A stretch of 64,000 nucleotides of DNA from Deferribacterales bacterium (GTDB taxonomy: Bacteria; Chrysiogenota; Deferribacteres; Deferribacterales; Geovibrionaceae), in NCBI GenBank assembly GCA_050251945.1, contig JBFWLW010000005.1, forward strand, positions 32,001 through 96,000, in the 5' to 3' direction. Positions 9,745-18,215 of this stretch are shown here, piece after piece (within the stretch, counting starts at the first letter, position 1; the number at the start of each line of letters is the position of its first letter). The notes under the pieces were generated by a model. It was not told the DNA's origin. It was given only the letters and a program-made list of their open reading frames with translations, and did not search any database. The translations under genes and the position numbers were made by a program.

Positions 9745-10662
9745 ATGAATAAACTTTATGTAGCTCTGAATCTGATAAGACTTCTCAACGAGAACAGAAC
9801 TGTGACATCCGTTCTGGTGGCGGAGGATATGGGTATCAGCCTGCGCACGGCACAGCGGTACCTGTTGGAAATGAGCCACCTGCCGGGGGTCTGCTATGAC
9901 GATTCCCGCCACTGCTGGTATATGACGGAGAAATACGGACTTTCCGAAAGCTATCTGAAACAGGATGAACTTGCCGTTCTGTCGGGGCTTTTCGATTATG
10001 CCGAGAACATTCTGAACAACGATTTTTCGCCGGTTCTGCGGAAGATAAAAAAGAAAGTAATCTCCGCATCAAACAGGGAGAGGGTCGTTCGTTTTCTGAA
10101 ACAGGATTCAATAGAATTCGAGAAGATAGCCGATATTTTCGCTGAAATTGAAGTTTTTATCATGAACCGTCAGGAGATATCTTTTCTGTACAGCAAAAAC
10201 GGCAAAAGCTACACGATACAGCCCTACAGGATAATTTACGGCGACGGGTTCTGGTATCTGGCGGGTGGAAAGGGCGGCGAACTGCGCAAATTCAGCCTCG
10301 ACCTGATAACTGAAATCAAACCAACCGGAAAACTTTACGACAAGGTGCCGGAAGGACTGGACACCGCCATTGACGAGGCTAAGAGCATCTTTTTCGATTC
10401 GGGTCAGAAAGTTACCGTTGAGTGCGTGATGAACCATCCTATGTCCGATTACCTGCGGCGTAAGCGTTTCTTCCCTCATCAGCAGATACTGGAGGAGAAT
10501 GACGATATGAGTTTGCGTTTCAGTTTTAAGGTTGCCTCTCCGCTGGAATGTACAAAACTGTGCCTCGACTGGCTCCCGCACATCAAGGTATTATCACCGG
10601 ATTCAATGCGCGATTATCTGATCGGAGTTTTGAAAGATTCTCTTGATTCTTATCATCTCTGA
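9745..10662 (+). CDS. WYL-domain transcriptional regulator (wHTH-WYL-WCX; YafY/PafBC/DriD-like)
   Basis: HTH VAEDMGISLRTAQRYL; PYRIIYGDGFWYLAG; RKFSLDLI; VLSP in WCX; start moved to 9745 because 9709 lies in the operator. Confidence 0.92.
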   Translation: MNKLYVALNLIRLLNENRTVTSVLVAEDMGISLRTAQRYLLEMSHLPGVCYDDSRHCWYMTEKYGLSESYLKQDELAVLSGLFDYAENILNNDFSPVLRKIKKKVISASNRERVVRFLKQDSIEFEKIADIFAEIEVFIMNRQEISFLYSKNGKSYTIQPYRIIYGDGFWYLAGGKGGELRKFSLDLITEIKPTGKLYDKVPEGLDTAIDEAKSIFFDSGQKVTVECVMNHPMSDYLRRKRFFPHQQILEENDDMSLRFSFKVASPLECTKLCLDWLPHIKVLSPDSMRDYLIGVLKDSLDSYHL

Positions 10663-11036
10663 CAGCGCAAAATTTTATATTTGATTTTTGTCTGTGTAGC
10701 CGAAACCCTCTCCCAGTCAGTAAAGTTTATCTTAAGCACTGTAATTTCTCAAGACAATCATAATAATAAATAAAAAAAATTAAGATTTTTTCTCTGTTTA
10801 TTCAGTAAGCCATTGTTCAATATTAAACTGTGGTTTTATACGATAAAATTTACCTTATTATCAGTTTATTAGTTTAACAATAAATTCAAAAACAATCGGT
10901 TCTCTCATTGTTAAAAAGCGTTATTATCAAACAGTAGTTATAGGATTTAAAGAGTCTTTTAATCTTGACGCGTGTATTTTGAGTGGTACTCTTGGGGCAT
11001 GTATTTCATGTTAATTTTGTTAACGGAGGTTTTTTA

Positions 11037-12350
11037 ATGGATGCAATAGCTCTGTCAAGACTTCAGTTTGCACTTACGGCAGGTTTCCACTGGATTTTCG
11101 TCCCTCTTACTCTGGGACTGATAATTCTTACTGCCTTTATGGAAACAATGTATGTGCGGACCGGAAACACACTTTATCTCAGAATGACTAAATTCTGGGG
11201 AAAATTGTTTCTCATCAACTTCGCAATAGGAGTTGTGACCGGTATAACCATGGAATTCCAGTTCGGAATGAACTGGGCGGAATACTCGAAATATGTGGGC
11301 GACATATTCGGGGCGCCACTGGCAATTGAGGCGACTGTGGCATTTTTTCTTGAGTCCACTTTTCTTGGAATCTGGATTTTCGGGTGGAAAAAGATAAGCA
11401 AAAAAGCTCACCTTTTTGCAGTCTGGATGGTGGCTCTCGGTTCAAACCTTTCTGCGCTGTGGATTCTCATAGCGAATGCATGGATGCAGCATCCTGTGGG
11501 GTATGTTCTTAATAACGGCAGGGCGGAGATGGTTGATTTCGGGGCGCTCATCTTCTCATCATCAGCGTGGGTGAAATTCTTCCATTCAATCTCTTCCGGC
11601 TGGGTTGTGGCGGCATTTTTCGTTATGGGAGTGTCCGCGTATCATATACTTAGAAAGAACGAAGTCGAATTCTTTAAAAAGAGTCTTAAATTCGGAGCTG
11701 TATTCGGGCTTGCGGCAACAATTTTCCTTGCTGTGCTGGGCGACAGTAGCGGTATCGACGTTGCGAAACACCAGCCTTCAAAATTTGCCGCAATGGAATC
11801 ACTCTGGGAAACACAGAACGGTGCACCCTCGTATCTGTTTGCTGTTCCGGACAGCGCAAACGAGAGAAACTCAGTGGAGTTCATCCCTGTTCCGAAAATG
11901 GCAAGCTTTCTTGCGTTTCATGATGTTAACGCAGAGGTTAAAGGTCTGAAAGAGTATTCTTCCGATCTCAGACCGCCGGTTGGGCTGACATTCTTCAGTT
12001 TCCGTTTTATGATCTATCTTGGCGTAATTTTCATAGTTTTGTCCTGCATGGCTCTTTACTACTCGAAAAAGGACACTATTGAGAACAAAACACTGCTTTT
12101 GAAAATACTGCTTTATTCCATTCCGCTGCCGTATATTGCCGGACAGCTTGGCTGGATTGTTGCAGAGGTCGGCAGGCAGCCATGGATAGTATACGGGCTT
12201 ATGAAAACGTCTGACGCGGTGTCCGTAAACCTTACACCCGCTCACGTTATCCTTTCCCTTGTGGGATTCGTTGGTTTTTACACACTGCTTGGCATAATAG
12301 ATATTTTCCTGCTGGTGAAATATTCTAAAAAAGGACCCGAAAGGGCATAG
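11037..12350 (+). CDS. cydA: Cytochrome bd oxidase subunit I
   Basis: LSRLQFALTAGFHW, EFQFGMNW, QPSKFAAME, EVGRQPW; ATG 11037 behind GGAGG. Confidence 0.97.
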   Translation: MDAIALSRLQFALTAGFHWIFVPLTLGLIILTAFMETMYVRTGNTLYLRMTKFWGKLFLINFAIGVVTGITMEFQFGMNWAEYSKYVGDIFGAPLAIEATVAFFLESTFLGIWIFGWKKISKKAHLFAVWMVALGSNLSALWILIANAWMQHPVGYVLNNGRAEMVDFGALIFSSSAWVKFFHSISSGWVVAAFFVMGVSAYHILRKNEVEFFKKSLKFGAVFGLAATIFLAVLGDSSGIDVAKHQPSKFAAMESLWETQNGAPSYLFAVPDSANERNSVEFIPVPKMASFLAFHDVNAEVKGLKEYSSDLRPPVGLTFFSFRFMIYLGVIFIVLSCMALYYSKKDTIENKTLLLKILLYSIPLPYIAGQLGWIVAEVGRQPWIVYGLMKTSDAVSVNLTPAHVILSLVGFVGFYTLLGIIDIFLLVKYSKKGPERA

Positions 12351-12360
12351 GGAGGCGAAA

Positions 12361-13401
12361 ATGGGACTTGAAACATTACAAATTATCTGGTTCGCCCTCT
12401 GGGGACTGCTCTGGGCTGTATATTTTATGCTGGACGGTTTTGATTTCGGTGCGGGCTATTTGATGCCGTTCCTTGCGAAATCCGATACGGATAAGCGCAT
12501 TATAATAAACACACTGGGACCTGTATGGGACGGTAACGAGGTCTGGCTTATCACTGCCGGCGGCGCGACTTTTGCGGCGTTTCCCACTACATATGCATAT
12601 ATGTTCAGCTGGCTTTATCTGCCGCTTCTGCTCATACTTTTCTGTCTGATTTTCAGAGGGGTCGCCTTTGAGTTCAGAGGTAAAAAGGATTCTTACGGCT
12701 GGCAGAACGGATGGGACAAAGTTATTGCAGTGAGCAGTTTCCTTGCCGCGTTTCTGTTCGGTGTTGCGTTTGGCAATATTTTCAGAGGCATACCCATCAA
12801 TATGGTTGACGGACAGTTTGTTTATGAAGGTAACTTTTTCCTTCTGCTGAATCCATACGCCATTCTTACTGGAATACTTTTCGTCCTTGTTTTTGCTTAT
12901 CACGGAGCTCTGTGGCTTAACTGCAAAACGGAAGGGGAGCTTTCTGTGCGTGCGGCTAAAATGGCGAAAAAACTGTTCATTCCCCTTGTTGTTGTGGCAG
13001 TTCTCTTCCTTGCAATGACATATTTTTCAACGCATCTGTATGATAACTTCTTTAAAATGCCTGCATTTTTTGCCGTTATCTTTCTTTGCGTCGTTTCTCT
13101 GCTGGTTTCCGGTCTATTTAAAGGCGTTAAGGCGTTCGCGCTTTCATGTCTTGTGATCGTGCTTACGGTTTTTACGGGTATTATAGGGCTTTTCCCAAGT
13201 CTGATACCTTCAAGCATATCACCGGAATTTTCCCTCACTGCCTTCAATACTTCGTCCAGCCTCTACACGCTTAAAATAATGACAATCGTTGTTGCCATGT
13301 TTGTGCCTGTGGTGCTGGTATATCAGATATGGTCGTATTATATCTTCAGACACCCCGTAAAACCTGAAGATATAGCCGATCCCGACGTTGAGACCTACTG
13401 A
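12361..13401 (+). CDS. cydB: Cytochrome bd oxidase subunit II
   Basis: LDGFDFG, GPVWDGNEVWL, RGVAFEFR. Confidence 0.97.
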   Translation: MGLETLQIIWFALWGLLWAVYFMLDGFDFGAGYLMPFLAKSDTDKRIIINTLGPVWDGNEVWLITAGGATFAAFPTTYAYMFSWLYLPLLLILFCLIFRGVAFEFRGKKDSYGWQNGWDKVIAVSSFLAAFLFGVAFGNIFRGIPINMVDGQFVYEGNFFLLLNPYAILTGILFVLVFAYHGALWLNCKTEGELSVRAAKMAKKLFIPLVVVAVLFLAMTYFSTHLYDNFFKMPAFFAVIFLCVVSLLVSGLFKGVKAFALSCLVIVLTVFTGIIGLFPSLIPSSISPEFSLTAFNTSSSLYTLKIMTIVVAMFVPVVLVYQIWSYYIFRHPVKPEDIADPDVETY

Positions 13402-13409
13402 TTTGGATT

Positions 13410-13430
13410 GGGGGAGGTTTTGCCTCCCCC
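13410..13430 (+). terminator. Hairpin after cydB
   Basis: GGGGGAGG-ttttg-CCTCCCCC; weak U tract. Confidence 0.6.
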
Positions 13431-13480
13431 TAAAATTTTATCGGTTGACTAATCTGACGTGACGGTACTACTATAGCCCC

Positions 13481-14299
13481 ATGACAGTCATTCTGCTGCT
13501 TATCGTGGGTTTTGTTACAGGTATAATAGGGGCGCTTCTGGGTATAGGCGGCGGTTCCATCATCGTTCCCGTTCTGGTTCTTTTTTTCAATGTCCCTATG
13601 CATTACGCTGTTGCGGCAGGGCTTATGACCATTGTCTCAACCAGCACTTCCGTTGTTCCTGTCAACATTATGAAGGGATTTGTAAACCTGCGTTTCAGCA
13701 TCTTTCTTGAGACTCTCACAGTGCTTGCGGCTTTTGTCGGCGGGCTTATCGGCAACCATACGCCGGAACATCTGCTTGAAATCAGCTTTGGCGTGATACT
13801 CTTTCTCATTGCGCTTCTTTATGTCCGCGAGAGTTTTAAAAAATCCAATTCCATAACATATGAAACATCATACACCAACCGCTTTTCCGACTCTTATTAC
13901 GATACTGAGAGGGGCGAAAATATAAAATATACCCCTGTGAAACTGCCTGTTGTTGCGCTTGTTTCCTCGTTTGCCGGTTTTGCATCCGGCTCGTTGGGAA
14001 TCGGCGGCGGAGTTATTAAGGTTCCCGTTATGAACCTCGTTTCCAGACTGCCTATAAAAGTGTCCATCGCCACCAGCAACTATATGATCGGGCTGACGGC
14101 GGCTGCCGGAAGCATCCCGTATCTGATATACGGCAAATCATCCCCCGTTACATCCATTACGATGGTTCTGGGGGTAATTTTCGGTTCAAGGCTTGGCGCG
14201 TCAAAGTTTCAGAAGGTAACTGACAAAAGGCTCAGAATAATGTTTGCTGCTGTGCTTGCGATAATCGCAGTGCAGATGTTCTATAAGGGGATACAATGA
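13481..14299 (+). CDS. TauE/SafE family sulfite exporter
   Basis: Duplicated LGIGGG motif; about 8 TM helices. Confidence 0.9.
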   Translation: MTVILLLIVGFVTGIIGALLGIGGGSIIVPVLVLFFNVPMHYAVAAGLMTIVSTSTSVVPVNIMKGFVNLRFSIFLETLTVLAAFVGGLIGNHTPEHLLEISFGVILFLIALLYVRESFKKSNSITYETSYTNRFSDSYYDTERGENIKYTPVKLPVVALVSSFAGFASGSLGIGGGVIKVPVMNLVSRLPIKVSIATSNYMIGLTAAAGSIPYLIYGKSSPVTSITMVLGVIFGSRLGASKFQKVTDKRLRIMFAAVLAIIAVQMFYKGIQ

Positions 14300-14598
14300 C
14301 GGACGAAGTCCTTAAACGGCGCATAGCAAAGATATATTCGTTCACCACAAAATCCAGCGTTATTCTTGCGTCCGCAGTTATCATCCTTTCGCTGGTCACT
14401 AAATATGTTTTTAAAACCGACGTTCCGCTTGACCACTACACAGCGCTGTTCACCGTATTTTTTCTCATAGCCACACCGTTCACGGGTATTCTCATCGCAT
14501 TCCTGTTCTATCTCAGTGAGAAAAACAGAGCCATGACACTCTATTCAATTGCCATCATCTTTGTTCTCATCATCAGCATAGTTCTCAAAATGTCCTGA
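14296..14598 (+). CDS. Small 3-TM membrane protein (DUF1634-like TauE partner)
   Basis: ATGA overlap with tauE; LIATP motif. Confidence 0.6.
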   Translation: MTDEVLKRRIAKIYSFTTKSSVILASAVIILSLVTKYVFKTDVPLDHYTALFTVFFLIATPFTGILIAFLFYLSEKNRAMTLYSIAIIFVLIISIVLKMS

Positions 14599-14639
14599 TA
14601 CCAACCATTACCGTGTTTATCGGAAAAAAATATTGCGAA

Positions 14640-14655
14640 ATTACTAATTAGTAAT
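14640..14655. promoter_or_regulatory. Probable MarR operator
   Basis: Perfect palindrome ATTACTAATTAGTAAT between TTGCGA and an AT-rich -10 upstream of the MarR gene. Confidence 0.7.
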
Positions 14656-14680
14656 ATATTCATTCTCATAGGAGAGAAAA

Positions 14681-15139
14681 ATGAGAATGAAACACACATA
14701 CGGAGCAAAAGCTGATAGAGCGATGCGCACATGGATAGACATTGCCAGAGCTTTCACCGTCGTGCGCGCGAAAGAGAACTCTTTCATAGAGGCGAACGGG
14801 CTGACCATTCAGCAGTTCGGTGTTTTAGAGGCGCTTTATCACATGGGCGGGCTAACCGTGGGCGAACTGACCAAACTGGTACTCAGCACACCGGGCAACA
14901 TGACCGTAGTGCTTAAAAATCTTAAACAAAAAGGACTTATTGATACAAGACATCCCGATACCGACAGGCGTGTGACCGTTGCGGCGATAACAGATGCGGG
15001 CAGCGCAGTCATGTCGAAAATATTTCCCGTTCATGCGAAGAACATGGAGGGATATTTCGAGTGCCTGCCGGACGAGGAACAGGAAACGCTTTCCGCCATC
15101 TTAAGGAAACTGAGGAAAGCAAACAGGAAAGGAGACTGA
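14681..15139 (+). CDS. MarR family regulator (MhqR-like)
   Basis: GLTIQQFGVLEALYH, GNMTVVLKNL, DRR wing. Confidence 0.9.
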   Translation: MRMKHTYGAKADRAMRTWIDIARAFTVVRAKENSFIEANGLTIQQFGVLEALYHMGGLTVGELTKLVLSTPGNMTVVLKNLKQKGLIDTRHPDTDRRVTVAAITDAGSAVMSKIFPVHAKNMEGYFECLPDEEQETLSAILRKLRKANRKGD

Positions 15140-15140
15140 T

Positions 15141-15851
15141 ATGTCAATGAAGATATTTAGAGCGAAGGACAGAGGGCATGCGGATCACGGATGGCTGAAA
15201 TCCGCTTTCAGCTACAGTTTTGCGGAATATTTCGACCCATCCAGAATGGGATTCGGTGTTCTGCGGGTTGTTAACGACGATATCATCGAACCGGCCATGG
15301 GTTTTCCCATGCACCCGCACAATAATATGGAGATAGTCACAATCGTGACGGAAGGAGCAGTTGCGCATAAAGACACGATGGGCAACGGAACAGTTATAAA
15401 AGCTGGCGAAGTGCAGAGGATGAGTGCCGGGAAAGGGCTTATGCATTCGGAATATAACCCTTCCGTAACTGAAACGCTGAAACTGTTCCAGATATGGATA
15501 CGCACGCGCGACAAGGATATCGAGCCGGAGTATGATCAGCGCAATTTCGACCTTGAAAGCGAACGCGGAAAGCTTGTGACGCTGGTTTCAGGCGATGCGG
15601 CGGACGGGGGGCTTGTGTTCCGTCAGGACGCATGGGTACACAGAGGTTTGTTCAGTAAAGGTCAGGAGTTTGAATACAGTCTGCGCGGGAAAGGCAACGG
15701 AGTGTTCCTGATGCCTGTGGAAGGTGTTGTCACCATCGCAGGCGAAACGCTTAACAGGCGGGACGAGGCAACATTTACAGCTTATGACACCGTTAAGTTC
15801 AAGGCGGAAACAGATGCGGATGTCATTTTGATGGAAATACCGGATAAATAA
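15141..15851 (+). CDS. Pirin family protein (YhhW-like)
   Basis: RGHADHGWL, HPHNNMEI, HSEYN. Confidence 0.95.
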   Translation: MSMKIFRAKDRGHADHGWLKSAFSYSFAEYFDPSRMGFGVLRVVNDDIIEPAMGFPMHPHNNMEIVTIVTEGAVAHKDTMGNGTVIKAGEVQRMSAGKGLMHSEYNPSVTETLKLFQIWIRTRDKDIEPEYDQRNFDLESERGKLVTLVSGDAADGGLVFRQDAWVHRGLFSKGQEFEYSLRGKGNGVFLMPVEGVVTIAGETLNRRDEATFTAYDTVKFKAETDADVILMEIPDK

Positions 15852-15877
15852 TCTGAGACGGCTCTTTCGAGCCGTCT

Positions 15878-16017
15878 CAGGTTGTTGACAAACTACAGAT
15901 TCATACAAAACCATTAGACTGCTTCGGGCTAAAGCCCTCGCAGAGACAGGTTTTTCTTTCCGTCTTTGCGAGCGAAGCGAAGCAATCTAGTCTTTTCTCC
16001 TCTTTGTCATCAGTCTG
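15878..16017 (-). mobile_element. MITE-like element, copy b
   Basis: CAGGTTGTTGACAAA ... TTTGTCATCAGTCTG; both flanks are hairpin AGACGGCTC-N4-GAGCCGTCT. Confidence 0.8.
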
Positions 16018-16041
16018 AGACGGCTCGGAAGAGCCGTCTCT

Positions 16042-17853
16042 CTATATATCCATGGCTGCCGGCGGTAGAAACTGTCTGGCATATTTTATATGGACGCCGG
16101 ATTCCAGCAGCAGGTGGTAAAGGTTTTCGTCGATATGACCGTCGCGCACCATAAATCCCATTATCTCAATAGCCCGGCTCAATGTTCCGGGACCTTTGTA
16201 TGGTCTGTCCTCCGCAGTGAGTGCCTCGAAAATATCCGCGATTGCGATTATCCTTGCTTTCATAGGGATTTCGTCTCCCTTCATGTGATACGGATATCCG
16301 GTTCCGTTGAGCTTTTCGTGGTGCAGTCCTGCTATGTTTATGACATCGGACATGTTTTCCGGAAATTTTATTTCACGCAGCATCATGACGGTTTTAACGA
16401 CGTGATCCTCGATAATCTGTCTTTCAGCGGCGGTAAGGGTGCCTCTGGCTATGGAGAGTTTTTCCATTTCATCGGCGTTCAGCAGGGGCATACTGCTTCT
16501 GTCTGCAAGTTTCACCTGAATACTGCTCAAATCCGACAGCCAGACTTTTACGCTTGCGTCAAGATACTCGCCGCCCTTGTTCAGGTTTTCCATTGTTTTC
16601 ATATGTTGTGCTGCTTTTTCAAGCTGCGCGGACAGTTCCCTTGTGTCTTTAAGCTCGCCCTTCTGCTGTCTGTACTCTTCCAGAATAAGGTTGAGTTTAT
16701 ACAGCTCCATTTTCAGCCGGATAATCTCGATGCCGTTTATAATACCTTCCAGTTTAAGAGATTTATCCATTACCCATTCCGGTGTGCTGATCTTTCCGCA
16801 GTCGTGCAGAAGCGCCGCGACCCTAAGTTCGTTTATCTCGTCTTCTGTTACATTGAAACCGGCAAAGACACCTTTCTGCGTTTGGTTGGCTGCGCGTAAA
16901 AGCTCACTGGCTATCCATGGGACGCGTTTACAGTGTCCTGCCGTGTATGGCGATTTTGCGTCAATGGCTGTTGCAATGGCATTCAGAAACGAGTCGAAAA
17001 GCATCTTTTGCTCGTCAAACATTATAGCGTTGTGCAGCGCGGTTGCCGCTGTTGGGCTGATGATTTCCATCCTCTTTTTATCTGACGACAAATAGAAATC
17101 ACCATCAGGCGCGGCTGTCAGCATATACCCCATATAGGATGTGCCGTCTGTGAGCGGAACTATCATAACAGATTTGTAATAATAGTTTTTTCCGCCTGAT
17201 GATATGAACAGTCCGAAATCGTTGACAATCTGCACCTTTTCCATGTTCGCGAAGATCATGCATGTGCCGGACTCTATGAAGGAACTGAAAATTCTGTCGG
17301 AATCCTCTCCTCTGCCGGCAAGAAGGCTGTATGTTCCGGTGTTCTTGTCAAATCCAAGGACGGCGCCTACTTTTCCGCCCTCGTATGAAAGCCCTGTTTC
17401 GTCAAGCAGGACGGAACCTATACCGGACGGTTTCAGTTCGCGGTTCAGCCTGTCTGCTGTGCGCTGGAGCATGGCAAGCTCTCTGTATGCGGAAAGGGTC
17501 TCTGTGGAGACTGCCCTTCGCGCGTGTTCGCTTTCAATCATTGAACTGAGTGAGCAGACGAGCGCGTCAGCCATATTTTCGCACAGAGCGTCACTTTCTC
17601 TTCCGGAATAAACAAAGAGAGTGCCCAGGCGGTCTCTGTTTATCTCTAAAGGGCGCGTGACCGAAAATTCCATTTCGGGGTTTTCCGGATACTGGCAGAG
17701 TATGCTGCCTGCGGAACTTATGCGAAACCCCAGAACGTTTCCCGTCGCCTTAGAAAAAGAGCAGAGCATTGATTTTGCCTGCTGAGAGCGCAGAAGTTTC
17801 TTCAGCAGGTTAAAGTCGTCAGGCGAGCCCAAGGAGTTTTCCCGCGAGTTCAA
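16042..17853 (-). CDS. GAF + HD-GYP cyclic-dinucleotide phosphodiesterase (start uncertain, possibly TTG 17832)
   Basis: DAKSPYTAGHC, LLHDCGK, HHEKLNGTGYP, ADIFEALT, RPYK. Confidence 0.9.
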   Translation of the reverse strand: MNSRENSLGSPDDFNLLKKLLRSQQAKSMLCSFSKATGNVLGFRISSAGSILCQYPENPEMEFSVTRPLEINRDRLGTLFVYSGRESDALCENMADALVCSLSSMIESEHARRAVSTETLSAYRELAMLQRTADRLNRELKPSGIGSVLLDETGLSYEGGKVGAVLGFDKNTGTYSLLAGRGEDSDRIFSSFIESGTCMIFANMEKVQIVNDFGLFISSGGKNYYYKSVMIVPLTDGTSYMGYMLTAAPDGDFYLSSDKKRMEIISPTAATALHNAIMFDEQKMLFDSFLNAIATAIDAKSPYTAGHCKRVPWIASELLRAANQTQKGVFAGFNVTEDEINELRVAALLHDCGKISTPEWVMDKSLKLEGIINGIEIIRLKMELYKLNLILEEYRQQKGELKDTRELSAQLEKAAQHMKTMENLNKGGEYLDASVKVWLSDLSSIQVKLADRSSMPLLNADEMEKLSIARGTLTAAERQIIEDHVVKTVMMLREIKFPENMSDVINIAGLHHEKLNGTGYPYHMKGDEIPMKARIIAIADIFEALTAEDRPYKGPGTLSRAIEIMGFMVRDGHIDENLYHLLLESGVHIKYARQFLPPAAMDI

Positions 17854-18205
17854 GAACCTCGTCAGGGTCGAACGGTTTGGTCATAAAGTAGTCCGCGCCG
17901 TTGCCGACACCCTTTTCCCTGTCTGTTTCCTGTCCCTTCGCAGTGAGCATTATTATCAGCGTTTGCTGAAGCTCGCTGTCGGATTTCACAGCTTTACAGA
18001 CTTCGTATCCGTTCATTTCGGGCATCATAACATCGAGAAATACAAGATCCGGGCGTACAGAGGCGATCATGTTCAGTCCGTTTCTCCCGTCGGACGCCTG
18101 ATGAATTTCAACCTCGATGTTGTGGAGAAATTCAATGTCTTCAAGCGTTTGCTCAAGGAGTGAGCGGATGTGAACCTCATCGTCCACAATCAGAATACGT
18201 TTCAT
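17819..18205 (-). CDS. Single-domain response regulator
   Basis: ILIVDDE, FLDVMMP, LTAKG, TKPF; no output domain. Confidence 0.92.
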   Translation of the reverse strand: MKRILIVDDEVHIRSLLEQTLEDIEFLHNIEVEIHQASDGRNGLNMIASVRPDLVFLDVMMPEMNGYEVCKAVKSDSELQQTLIIMLTAKGQETDREKGVGNGADYFMTKPFDPDEVLELAGKLLGLA

Positions 18206-18215
18206 TTTCTAAACC

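Noticed and set aside
9082..9746. ORFs inside the array (9082-9267, 9450-9746) and 48807-49022
   Set aside because: Translations of repeat DNA with no RBS; frames broken by the 83/84 indel
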